Assembly: GCA_040901675.1 (NCBI GenBank)
Contig: JBBDYJ010000007.1
Span: forward strand, 1-11,818
Direction: 5' to 3'
DNA from: Pirellulales bacterium
GTDB lineage: Bacteria > Planctomycetota > Planctomycetia > Pirellulales > JAICIG01
DNA length: 11,818 nt
This document shows positions 1 through 8,195 of this stretch, piece by piece. A model generated the notes under the pieces. The model was not told where the DNA came from and did no database searches. It worked only from the letters and a program-made list of their open reading frames with translations. Numbering within the stretch: position 1 is the stretch's first letter; every line of letters begins with the position of its first letter. Made by a program: the position numbers and the translations under genes.

Positions 1-97
1 AGGTTACGAAAGCTACCCATTTCTGCTAGCTGACACAAGATTTCTTACAGGGCCCTATCTCTGTGTAATTTGCCTTGACACTTCGCTAACTCATCTT

Positions 98-261
98 CCT
101 TGGCGTCTCTGCGAGAGTCTCCGTCGTCTTCGTCCTGGCGTCTTCGTGTTCTTCGTGATCTTTGTGGTTCTCCTCTTCGTTCCTCGTCCTTGGCGCCTTT
201 GCGCCTTTGCGAGAGACTCTTCCGTCTTCGTTTTCCGCGCGCCACCGCGTCCTCCGCGGTT
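98..261. repeat. Cluster of four short-period (8-9 bp) imperfect repeat modules
   Basis: Modules: 98-116 ccttggcgtctctgcgaga; 142-169 cttcgtgtt-cttcgtgat-ctttgtggt-t; 188-214 ccttggcg-cctttgcg-cctttgcg-aga; 235-261 ccgcgcgccaccgcgtcctccgcggtt. They lie downstream of the 282..710 stop codon. Confidence 0.75.
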
Positions 262-281
262 GGCCGTCGATTCTCGTCTCG

Positions 282-710
282 CTACTTGACGTAGTGCTCC
301 ACGAAGCCGAGATAGTCGGTGTCGCCGGCCCGGCAGGCGCTGTGCCGACGCACCGAGGTGTACACCACCCGCAGGCAATCCACCCAGGTCGCCTCGTCCA
401 CGTCCTCGCGCAGCTCGGCAGCGTGCCCCAGGAGCCGCAGCACGACACGCGTGTCCTCGTCTTCGGCCTCGGTTTGCTGGATCGCACAGCGGAGCACCGC
501 CGCAACCAGCTTGTCATCCACGAAGGCCAATTGGCGAGAGGCGGTGACCAGCGCGGACTCGATGTTCTGCAGTACATCCTGATGATCGCTGATCATCCGG
601 TCTTCGAGCTTCCGCGGCGCCTTGAGTTCTGGGGGCGGCCCCGCCGGGCGGTGGGCGCGGCGCTTCCTGTCCTGTTTCAGAGCATCGAGTATCTTCTTGC
701 TGATCGGCAT
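282..710 (-). CDS. Hypothetical protein, 142 aa, probably cytoplasmic and helical
   Basis: Strong SD (GGAGGGAAAC-ATG on the minus strand, 711-720), GC-rich third codon positions and a natural-looking sequence (DVLQNIESALV...DYLGFVEHYVK). No family recognised. Confidence 0.8.
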   Translation of the reverse strand: MPISKKILDALKQDRKRRAHRPAGPPPELKAPRKLEDRMISDHQDVLQNIESALVTASRQLAFVDDKLVAAVLRCAIQQTEAEDEDTRVVLRLLGHAAELREDVDEATWVDCLRVVYTSVRRHSACRAGDTDYLGFVEHYVK

Positions 711-780
711 GTTTCCCTCCTTGGCCGCCGCTCACGCCGCGGCGATGGCGGTCCCGGCCCCGAGCCGGGCAACGAGGGTG

Positions 781-810
781 AATCTGCCAAGTATCGGGCC
801 TTTTTGTCAA
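781..810 (-). promoter_or_regulatory. Possible sigma70 promoter for the 282..710 gene
   Basis: Minus strand TTGACA (810-805), 18-bp spacer ending TGG, then CAGATT (786-781). The -35 is perfect and the -10 is weak. Confidence 0.35.
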
Positions 811-879
811 CGGCGCTTTATGGCGGCCTGCCCCCGCCGGAGGCGCCCCACGGAGGCCCAGACCGCCCGGCCGGCTCCG

Positions 880-1410
880 TTACGCTCGATGCCAGGCGGC
901 CGAGATGCCCTCGACGAACGCGATCAGCAGCCACCAGGCGACCGCAATCGAAGCGGCCAACAGCAGCAGCAACGCCGCGATCAAGCCGGCCGTGAACAGC
1001 CAGTCGCCGCGGCTTGCTTTGCGGGCCTCGGCCGGCCCGGCTTCGACTCTGCGCCGCAAGAGGGCCACGTTGCGCTGGTTGGCTTTCCAGTAGGCGTCGA
1101 ACAGGTCCCCCACCAGCGGTATCGACCCAACGAGGTAGTCGACTGCCACGTTCATGGCCATCCGCAGCATCGTGCCTCGCGAGACGCCCTTTCGGGCCGC
1201 CGCCGTCAGAATGTAAAGCGAAATCAGCGTGGTGGCCGTATCGCCGATGCCGGGGATCAGCCCGATCAGCGGGTCCCAGCCGAAGCGCCATCCCAGCCCC
1301 GGAACCCGGAACACGCTGTCGGTCCAGCGGCTCAGGTCGTCCAGGCGCGGATCGACCTCGTACCGGCCGGGCGTTCGGGCTGGGATCACGATCTCTTTCA
1401 CCTGGTCCAC
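880..1410 (-). CDS. DUF4112-family membrane protein (likely GTG start at 1410; ORF open to 1497)
   Basis: Family-typical motifs LSRWTDSVFRVPGLGWRFGWDPLIGLIPGIGD and NVAVDYLVGSIPLVGDLFDAYWKANQRNVALL, plus a C-terminal TM helix. The start is uncertain; the upstream 29 codons look non-coding. Confidence 0.85.
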   Translation of the reverse strand: MDQVKEIVIPARTPGRYEVDPRLDDLSRWTDSVFRVPGLGWRFGWDPLIGLIPGIGDTATTLISLYILTAAARKGVSRGTMLRMAMNVAVDYLVGSIPLVGDLFDAYWKANQRNVALLRRRVEAGPAEARKASRGDWLFTAGLIAALLLLLAASIAVAWWLLIAFVEGISAAWHRA

Positions 1411-1495
1411 GTGCCAGCTTGGAACAATTGTCCGGCCCGGCCAGTCGCGGATGCGGCTGCACGGCCAGAGCGTCCACCGGGTTAGAACAGAAGAC

Positions 1496-1535
1496 AAAAA
1501 AACGGCACGCCCCGGGGAACCGTGGGCGTGCCGTT
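1496..1535 (-). terminator. Intrinsic terminator of the PEP-CTERM gene
   Basis: Perfect 12-bp inverted repeat AACGGCACGCCC (1501-1512) / GGGCGTGCCGTT (1524-1535), running into a T7 tract on the minus strand, 36 nt after the stop at 1572. Confidence 0.85.
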
Positions 1536-1571
1536 ATGATCAAAGAGTCTCGCTCGAGCAGCGGGTCTGCT

Positions 1572-2150
1572 CTAGGCGTTTTTCTTCCTGCGTCGCAGGA
1601 AACCGATCAGGCCCACTGGGGCACCAGCCAGGATCAGGGCCAGCGTCGCCGGCTCCGGAGTGGGAACCGGCACGTTGCCTACATTCGTGTTATTAGTGTT
1701 AGAAAGTGTCGATGTGGTCAAGGCAGCGTAAAAACCCAACACCGGGCTATCGAACTCTGAAATGGCCGAAACAAGGATGGGTCCTACCCTGGTGGCCCCC
1801 GCGACATCGGGAGCGTAAGTAAACGTCAGATTCAAAATAGACGGATTGTCCGGCGCCACAGTCAACGGCGGCGTGACGCCTACAAGTTGGGTCGAAGCAT
1901 CAAAATCGCTGTCAACAACGCCAAAACTCACGAACCCTGCGAAGTCGTAGATTGTGAAAAAGTCAGGGTTATTCGCACCTTCAACGTTATTGAACTCCTC
2001 ATCGAGTTGTGTCGTTGCCGTATAGGTCCAGAGGAAATTACTGCCATCGGGCGTGACATCGACGAGAGTAACCAGCAGTGGGGCGGCCAGCGCCGGGGCG
2101 GCACCGAGCAGTGCCAGAGCGGTCAAAAGAAACATCGTTTTGCGAATCAT
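1572..2150 (-). CDS. PEP-CTERM sorting-domain surface protein, 192 aa
   Basis: ATG at 2150 preceded by AAGAAGGGGAACCG. Sec signal peptide MIRKTMFLLTALALLGAAPALA, Thr/Asn/Ser-rich mature domain, and C-terminal VPTPEPATLALILAGAPVGLIGFL-RRRKK (PEP motif, TM helix, basic tail). Confidence 0.92.
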   Translation of the reverse strand: MIRKTMFLLTALALLGAAPALAAPLLVTLVDVTPDGSNFLWTYTATTQLDEEFNNVEGANNPDFFTIYDFAGFVSFGVVDSDFDASTQLVGVTPPLTVAPDNPSILNLTFTYAPDVAGATRVGPILVSAISEFDSPVLGFYAALTTSTLSNTNNTNVGNVPVPTPEPATLALILAGAPVGLIGFLRRRKKNA

Positions 2151-2226
2151 CGGTTCCCCTTCTTTGACGAGAGTGACTATTGCTCGATCCATGTTGCGTG
2201 ACCGGTTTCGTTTGGTCATTGGCACG

Positions 2227-2254
2227 ATCATACGCACCGTCCTGACACTGTCAA
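2227..2254 (-). promoter_or_regulatory. sigma70-type promoter of the PEP-CTERM gene
   Basis: Minus strand TTGACA (2254-2249), 16-bp spacer, TATGAT (2232-2227): 11 of 12 consensus matches, about 75 nt upstream of the ATG. Confidence 0.75.
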
Positions 2255-2432
2255 CCAATTTGCGGCAAATCCGGCAAAGTTGCGCGATTGCGCAAAAAGG
2301 TGCCGGTCGCGCGAGTCCGCAGCGGGCAATGACTGCGGAAGTTAAATAGTTACTGGACAGTCACTTACGTGCATTTCGCGGCTGGAGGCGGCGGACCAGG
2401 GAACCGGTACTGCCGGCCGCCTCAGCTTGGCA

Positions 2433-2493
2433 TCGACCGCAATGAATGCGGTCACTACAAACCTTCGACCGCATGAATGCGGTCACTACAAAC
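2433..2493 (-). repeat. Tandem pair of GTAG-type REP-like palindromes
   Basis: Direct copies at 2433-2462 and 2465-2493 differ by one extra A. The minus strand reads GTTT-GTAG-T-GACCGCAT-TC-ATGCGGTC-GA, a GTAG foot followed by an 8-bp hairpin. Confidence 0.8.
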
Positions 2494-2693
2494 TGTGCAA
2501 TCCGCTACGATCGGTCTGCCCCACGCCACTTGCCGCGGCTTGGGCGCCGGCGTGCTGTTTGCCGCCTTCCCTTGCCGCAACGGCTGGGTACGATGGATCT
2601 CTACGCGCGACCGCGTTTCACGGGCGGCGGGCCACGATGGCCGCCCCCTCACTGGCCGGCAAAGATGCCCACTTCGATCGACCACTCTGTGCC

Positions 2694-5600
2694 ATGCGAA
2701 AGATCAATCTCCGGTTTCTGCTTGGATTCGTGACCATCGTCGCCGTGCTCGCCGGTGCCACGCACCTCTTGCACGGCCGGCAGGTCAAGCGCAGCGCCGA
2801 AGTGCTGCTGGTGCAGGCCGACAACCGCCTCCAGGCCGGCAAGCCGGCCGAGGCCATCGGCTACTTGCAGCGGTACGTGAAACTGAACCCGGCCGATACC
2901 GCCCAGCGGGCCAGGCTGGCCGGTGCGCTGGCCGACACCGGCAACTACGGGGCGGCCTTCTTCCTGCTGGAGCGTGTGCTCTGGGAAGAGCCCGGCCGGC
3001 TCGACGAGCGGCGGCGGCTGGTCGAGCGGCGGCGGCTTGTCGAGGTGGCCATGCGGATCGGCCGCCCCAACGATGCCCGCACTCACCTGAAGGACCATTT
3101 GCTCAAGGCCCAGCCGGACGATGCCGTGCTGCACGACCTCTTGGGCCAGTGCGAGCTGGCGCTGGGAGCGTTCTTGGCGGCCGACGAGGCCTTTAAGCGT
3201 TCGTGCAACTTGGCGGCCGAGGCCTTTAAGCGTTCGTCCAAACTCGACCCGTCCTCGATCGACGTCTACCTGCGCCGCGCAGTCCTGCTACGGGAACATA
3301 GGGAGCAAATAGTAAGGTCGAGCGGGCGTCCGGAGGAGGTGGAGAATCCGGAGGAGGTGCTGGAAGCCATGGTCGCGAACAACGCGGGCAGCTTCCGCGC
3401 CTACCTGGCGAGGATCGCCTACCGGCGGCAGTACGGGCTGGCTGCCGGCGGCGGCGAGGACCTGCCCTCGGCGCTAGAGCAAGACGTCCAGCGGGCGCTC
3501 GAGCTGGCCCCGGACGACGCCGACGTGCTGCTGCAGGCCGCGCAGGTGGCCCGCGACGCCCGCGACGAGGCCGGCAAGGCCCGCGCTCGCGAGCACCTCG
3601 AGCGCGGCCTGAAGTTGCACCCCGAGATGCCGGGCTGGTACCTGGGCCTCGCGCAGCTTGAAGACGACGAGAGAAACAAGGACGCGGCGGCCGACTGGCT
3701 GCGGCGGGGCCTGGAGGAAGTGCCGGGCCATATCGACCTGTTGTGGAACCTGGCCGACCTGTTGATCCAGACCGACCGCGCCCCGCAGGCCCTGGAAGTC
3801 ATCGCCCAGTTGCGGTCAAAAAACTATCCGCCCGCGCCGTTGGACTACCTGTCGGCACGGCTGAGCATCCACAAGAAGGACTGGCTGGCGGCGGCCGATC
3901 AGCTTGCCAAGGCCCGCACCGCGATGGCGCCCTGGCCCGACCTGGCCAAACAGGCCGACTTCTGGCTGGCCCACTGCCATGGCCGGCTGGGCAGCCCCGA
4001 TCTGCAAATCGAAGCCTATCAGAGCGCGCTGCGCGTGGACGAATCGTGGGCGCCGGCCCGGCTGGGGCTGGCAGCCGCGCTGGTAGCCGCCAGCGACCTC
4101 GACGGGGCGATCCGCGAGTATGGCAGGTTGGTGCAAGGGCGCAAGGCGCCGCTGGAGGTTTATCCGGCGATCGCCCGGCTCATGTTCCTGCAGCGGTTGG
4201 TAGTCGCCAACCCCAACTGGGAGCCCGTGCTCGACGTGCTGAACCAGGCTGAGCAGCTCGCGGATGAGAAGAAGTTACCGGCTTCGGCCGACGTGCCGAT
4301 CCTGCGGGCGGAAGTGGCGGCCGCCCAAGGCAAGAACAACCCAGCCAAGTATGACGAAGCCAGGCAGATTCTCGAAACCGCCCGTGATAAGCAACCCGAC
4401 CTGCTAACCTTGCGGCTGGCGCTGGCGGCGCTCGAGCAACGTCTCGATCAATGGGACCAGGCGGCCGGGCACCTGGACCAGGCCGAGCGGGACCTGGGCG
4501 ACAGCGCCGACTTGCGGATCGCGCGGGTCCGGTGGGTGCGCCAGCGGTACCAGACCGAGTCGCTCGCGCACCTGGCTCGGCTGGAGCAGTCGATCGAAGC
4601 GTTTGAACCGGCGGACAAAGCCCGCCTGCTGCACGCGCTGGCAAGCAGCTATTTCTCCGTGGCCCGGGCACTGCCGGCCGGCGATGCCCAGCGCGAGCCG
4701 GCCCTGTCCGAGGCGCGGCGGTTGTGGACCGAAGTGGGCCGCTTGGAGCCGGACCACCTGACCTCGCGGCTCTTCCTGTTCGACCTGGCGATCGCCGACG
4801 GCGACGAGCTGCTGATGGCGGAGCTGCTCAAAGACATCCGCCGCATCGAGGGGGCCGAGGTCGGCCCGCTGTGGCGCTATGGAGAGGCGGCGCGGCTCGT
4901 CATGCTGGCCCGCAAAAGCGATGACCAGACCGGACTCAACCGCGCGCAGGGTCTCTTGACCGACGCGGCCAGGCAGCGGCCGCGCTGGTCGCGGATTCCG
5001 CTCTTGCGGACCGAAATCGACGAGCTGCGCAACGACCGCGATGCGGCGATCGAGCACTACCGCCAGGCCGTCCAACTCGGCGAACGCAATCCGGCCATCA
5101 TCCGCCGGCTGGTGGAATTGTTGTACCGCGAAGGTCAGTACAAGGAGGCCGACCAGCAGTTACGCGAGCTCGACAGGCAGCAGGCGCTGATCAGCGTCGA
5201 GCTGGGCCGCTTGGGGTCGGAAATCTCGGCACGGATCGACGAGTATCCCCGGGCCATCGACCTGGCCCAAAGAACGGCGGAGAAATCGAACGACTACCGC
5301 GATTACGTCTGGCTGGGGCAAGTGCTGTCGCTGGAGAAAAACCAGCCCAACGACGCCGAAAAAGCCTTGCGCGACGCCATCGACCTGGCGGAGCACGAAC
5401 CAGCCCCCCGGGTGGCCCTGGTGCGGTTCCTGCACGCTCAGGGCCGTACCGATGAAGCCGAGGCCGAGCTGGCCAACGCACGCGAGCTGGTAGCCGGCGA
5501 GGATTGGCCGCTGGTGTTGGCGGCCTACTACGAGGCGACACAGCGCCCGGAGCTGGCCGGCGAGCAATACCGCGAGGCGCTGGCGGCCGATCCGTCGAGC

Positions 5601-7217
5601 CCCGCGGCGCTGCGGAAGCTGGCCGAGTTCTATCTGCGCAGCGGCCGCCCGCGGGAGGCAGAGCCGCACTTGCGCGAGCTGGTCGATCCGGACGGCCAGG
5701 CCGCCGACCCCGACCGCCGCTGGGCCCGCCGCAACCTGGCGGTCGCCCTGGTCGCGCGGGGCGACTACGCCTCGCAACGGCAGGCGCTGGCCCTGCTGGA
5801 GGAGAATCTCAAGCTGGACGACAACTCGGTCGACCGCCGGGCCAAGGCAGTGGTCCTGGCCAGCCAGCAGCGCCGGCGGCCGCTGCGGGAGGCGATCCAG
5901 CTCTTCGAGAAGCTCGTCCAGGTGGAAGCGCCCTCGAATGAAGACCGCTTCCTGCTGGCGCAGCTTTACCAGGCCGACGGCAACTGGCCCGCCGCACGGC
6001 AGCAGATGCGCAGCCTGCTGGCCGTGCAGGGCGACAACCCGGGCTACCTGGCCTGGTACGTGCGGGCACTGCTGGGGCGCGGCGAGGCGGCCCAGGCCGA
6101 GGCCTGGTTGGAGCAACTGGAACGGCTCGAGCCCAAATCGGCCCGCACGGCCGAACTGCGCGCCGGATGGCTGGTGGCGCGCGGCAAATATGACGAGGCG
6201 ATCGCGCTGGTCGATGACCTGTTGGCCAGCGGAGCCAGCCGGGTGGAACCTGCCAACTCCGATCCGGCCGGCGCCCTGTCGCAGGCCGGCACCGCCGCGA
6301 CCGAAGGATTGGAGGAGCCGGACGACGCGCAGCCGCCCGGACCAGCCGCTCTGGCGCCGGGCAAAGCAGTCCGGCCCGTGACGGCCGGCGCGGTTGCCAC
6401 GCTGCTGGAGCGGCTGGCCGAAAGCATTCAGGCGGCCGAAAGCCGCGAACCCACGGCCGAGCAGTCGGCGGGCAAGGCGAAGCTGCTGGCGGCCGCCGAA
6501 CAGCGGTATCGCGAGCAGGCGGCGGCCGATCCGAACGGGTTCATGCTCCTGGCCGGGTTCCTTGCCCGGCAGGGCAGGATCGACGAGGCCTTGGACCTCT
6601 GCGAGCCCGGCTGGCACGCGGAGACGGCCGAGCAGGTAGCCTTGCTCGCCGTTGGCATGCTGCGCAGCCCCACCGCGGATGCCGGGCACGTCGCCCGGGT
6701 GGAACCCAAGCTTCGCGAGTCGGTCGAGCAGAAGCCCAAGAGCCTGGCCCTGCTCGAGGCGCTGGCCAATCTGCACGACGTCAAGGGCGACTATCTGCGT
6801 GCCCAGCAGGCCTACCGAAAGCTCATCGCCCTGGCACCCAAGCACATGGTGGCGTTGAACAACCTGGCACTGCTGAGGAGCTATGGCGGGCATGGCCGCC
6901 AGGAATCGCTGGCTTTGATCAACCGGGCCATTGCGGCGGCCGGCCCGCGGCCCGTGCTGCTCGATTCGCGGGCCAGCGTTCACCTGGCACTGGGCAAACC
7001 GGGCAAGGCGATCGAGGACCTCAACGAAGCCTTGGCCGACGGGCCTACAGCGGCAATGTACGTTCACCTGGCGCAGGCCCACCAGATGGCCGGCAACCGG
7101 GCCGAGGCGGCCGCGGCACTGAAACAGGCCCGGCAGCAAGGCTTCGAGCCGTCGCAGTTGCACCCGCTGGAGATCGAGGGTTATGAGAAGCTGGCCAAGG
7201 AGCTGGCCGGCCGGTAA
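2694..7217 (+). CDS. Large N-terminally membrane-anchored TPR-repeat protein (~1507 aa), PrsT-like architecture
   Basis: Likely start is MRKINLRFLLGFVTIVAVLAGATHLL (basic residues plus TM anchor). TPR-like helical repeats throughout (AIGYLQRYVKLNPAD, AIEHYRQAVQLG, YRKLIALAPKHMVALNNLA, LLDSRASVHLALGKPGKAIEDLNEAL). The ORF extension to 2427 only runs through REP repeats. Confidence 0.9.
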   Translation: MRKINLRFLLGFVTIVAVLAGATHLLHGRQVKRSAEVLLVQADNRLQAGKPAEAIGYLQRYVKLNPADTAQRARLAGALADTGNYGAAFFLLERVLWEEPGRLDERRRLVERRRLVEVAMRIGRPNDARTHLKDHLLKAQPDDAVLHDLLGQCELALGAFLAADEAFKRSCNLAAEAFKRSSKLDPSSIDVYLRRAVLLREHREQIVRSSGRPEEVENPEEVLEAMVANNAGSFRAYLARIAYRRQYGLAAGGGEDLPSALEQDVQRALELAPDDADVLLQAAQVARDARDEAGKARAREHLERGLKLHPEMPGWYLGLAQLEDDERNKDAAADWLRRGLEEVPGHIDLLWNLADLLIQTDRAPQALEVIAQLRSKNYPPAPLDYLSARLSIHKKDWLAAADQLAKARTAMAPWPDLAKQADFWLAHCHGRLGSPDLQIEAYQSALRVDESWAPARLGLAAALVAASDLDGAIREYGRLVQGRKAPLEVYPAIARLMFLQRLVVANPNWEPVLDVLNQAEQLADEKKLPASADVPILRAEVAAAQGKNNPAKYDEARQILETARDKQPDLLTLRLALAALEQRLDQWDQAAGHLDQAERDLGDSADLRIARVRWVRQRYQTESLAHLARLEQSIEAFEPADKARLLHALASSYFSVARALPAGDAQREPALSEARRLWTEVGRLEPDHLTSRLFLFDLAIADGDELLMAELLKDIRRIEGAEVGPLWRYGEAARLVMLARKSDDQTGLNRAQGLLTDAARQRPRWSRIPLLRTEIDELRNDRDAAIEHYRQAVQLGERNPAIIRRLVELLYREGQYKEADQQLRELDRQQALISVELGRLGSEISARIDEYPRAIDLAQRTAEKSNDYRDYVWLGQVLSLEKNQPNDAEKALRDAIDLAEHEPAPRVALVRFLHAQGRTDEAEAELANARELVAGEDWPLVLAAYYEATQRPELAGEQYREALAADPSSPAALRKLAEFYLRSGRPREAEPHLRELVDPDGQAADPDRRWARRNLAVALVARGDYASQRQALALLEENLKLDDNSVDRRAKAVVLASQQRRRPLREAIQLFEKLVQVEAPSNEDRFLLAQLYQADGNWPAARQQMRSLLAVQGDNPGYLAWYVRALLGRGEAAQAEAWLEQLERLEPKSARTAELRAGWLVARGKYDEAIALVDDLLASGASRVEPANSDPAGALSQAGTAATEGLEEPDDAQPPGPAALAPGKAVRPVTAGAVATLLERLAESIQAAESREPTAEQSAGKAKLLAAAEQRYREQAAADPNGFMLLAGFLARQGRIDEALDLCEPGWHAETAEQVALLAVGMLRSPTADAGHVARVEPKLRESVEQKPKSLALLEALANLHDVKGDYLRAQQAYRKLIALAPKHMVALNNLALLRSYGGHGRQESLALINRAIAAAGPRPVLLDSRASVHLALGKPGKAIEDLNEALADGPTAAMYVHLAQAHQMAGNRAEAAAALKQARQQGFEPSQLHPLEIEGYEKLAKELAGR

Positions 7218-7228
7218 GCTAAGCCATC

Positions 7229-8191
7229 ATGGCCGCGAAGGTCGCCGTTGTCGGACGGTTCGATCCACGCTCCGCCTCGCTGGATCGGGTCCGGTTCTGC
7301 CTGACCCGCATGCTGCAGGAGCACGAGCTGCTGTTTCTGTCCACGGCGGCGGGGATGCCGACCGCGGTGATGAAGACCTTGGACTGGGTGCTCTTGTGGC
7401 GCGATTCGCTCCTTTGCGAGGCGATGCCGATCTGGCGACAGGTCTATAAGCGCCGGGAGCGGAGCGGCGCGAGGATCGGCGGTTTGGGGATTGCCCTTCA
7501 CGAGGTGCCCCCGGAGCTGAAGCGCCCGATAGCCAAACTGCTCGACGTGAGCGGCTTCTGCTTCGTCCGCGACGCCGCGACCCGCGCGGCGCTGAACGAC
7601 CATGAACGCATCGAGGTCTTCACCGACTTGACGTGGTGCTCCCCACTGCCGGACTCGCCCGCTTACCGGGAGACGGCCGACGTCGCCGTGCACCTGCGGC
7701 CTCATTTGCTCCCCGGATATGATCCGCGCAAGTGGCTCGGCCAGTTGGAGGGCTTCAGCGCGTTGCCGTTTCCGATGGATCTCTTCGACCGCCGGGAACG
7801 CGACTTGTTGGTGGGTCACTTCAGCGAAGATGTTTCGGAAGACTTCACGCCGGTACCGCTCAAGCGGAGCCGGATGGCGCTGGTGTCGAGTTACCACGCG
7901 GCCGTGTTCGCCATGCAACTTGGCAAGCCGTTGCTGGCGATCGACCACGACCCCTACGTCAACCGGCTGATGTGCGACGCCAGGCTGGAGGATTGTCTGC
8001 TGGCCCCCGCCGATCACGATCTGTTGCCCCAAAAGATACGGTACGTGCTCTCGGAACGGGCTGGTGTTCGCCAACGTATTGGCGACTACGCCGAGCGCCA
8101 GCGCAAGCAGGCGGCCCGGCTCGTCGCCGCGGTCCGCGAGCACCTCAATTCCAACGCCCCGCAGGTGAAACCGAACCGGAAGCTGGACTGA
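7229..8191 (+). CDS. Divergent polysaccharide pyruvyltransferase-family (CsaB/WcaK-like) protein, 320 aa
   Basis: Starts 11 nt after the TPR gene. Segments GLGIAL, FCFVRD, VFTDL, VAVHLR and VSSYHAAVFAMQLGKPLLAIDHDPYVNRLM follow the PS_pyruv_trans pattern (RxHxxIxAxxxGxPxxxIxYxxKxxxxM), but several key residues differ. Confidence 0.7.
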   Translation: MAAKVAVVGRFDPRSASLDRVRFCLTRMLQEHELLFLSTAAGMPTAVMKTLDWVLLWRDSLLCEAMPIWRQVYKRRERSGARIGGLGIALHEVPPELKRPIAKLLDVSGFCFVRDAATRAALNDHERIEVFTDLTWCSPLPDSPAYRETADVAVHLRPHLLPGYDPRKWLGQLEGFSALPFPMDLFDRRERDLLVGHFSEDVSEDFTPVPLKRSRMALVSSYHAAVFAMQLGKPLLAIDHDPYVNRLMCDARLEDCLLAPADHDLLPQKIRYVLSERAGVRQRIGDYAERQRKQAARLVAAVREHLNSNAPQVKPNRKLD

Positions 8192-8195
8192 GATT

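Noticed and set aside
75..104. TTGACA at 75-80 as a plus-strand promoter
   Set aside because: No -10 element at 16-18 bp spacing and no credible plus-strand gene downstream.
45..378. Short ORFs over the 5' repeat cluster (45..245, 91..378, 100..294)
   Set aside because: Low-complexity translations of repeats with no convincing SD or domain.
2151..2258. Longer (228-aa) start for the PEP-CTERM gene
   Set aside because: It overlaps the predicted promoter; the SD and signal peptide support ATG 2150.
2219..2307. sigma54 promoter candidates (TTGGCACGATCATACGC on +; CGGCACCTTTTTGC on -)
   Set aside because: GG-to-GC spacing is 11 and 9 nt rather than the required 10.
2433..2493. Mini-CRISPR array
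   Set aside because: Only two repeats separated by 2 nt, with no spacer and no cas genes; the GTAG-hairpin structure fits a REP.
2427..2693. 89-aa N-terminal extension of the TPR ORF
   Set aside because: It translates through the REP doublet and intergenic DNA; the TM anchor begins at Met 2694.
5160..7163. 667-aa antisense ORF, and other long antisense ORFs (7181..8143, 8145..9707, 10121..11359)
   Set aside because: Shadow ORFs opposite well-supported genes, expected from stop-codon scarcity in high-GC DNA; no recognisable motifs.
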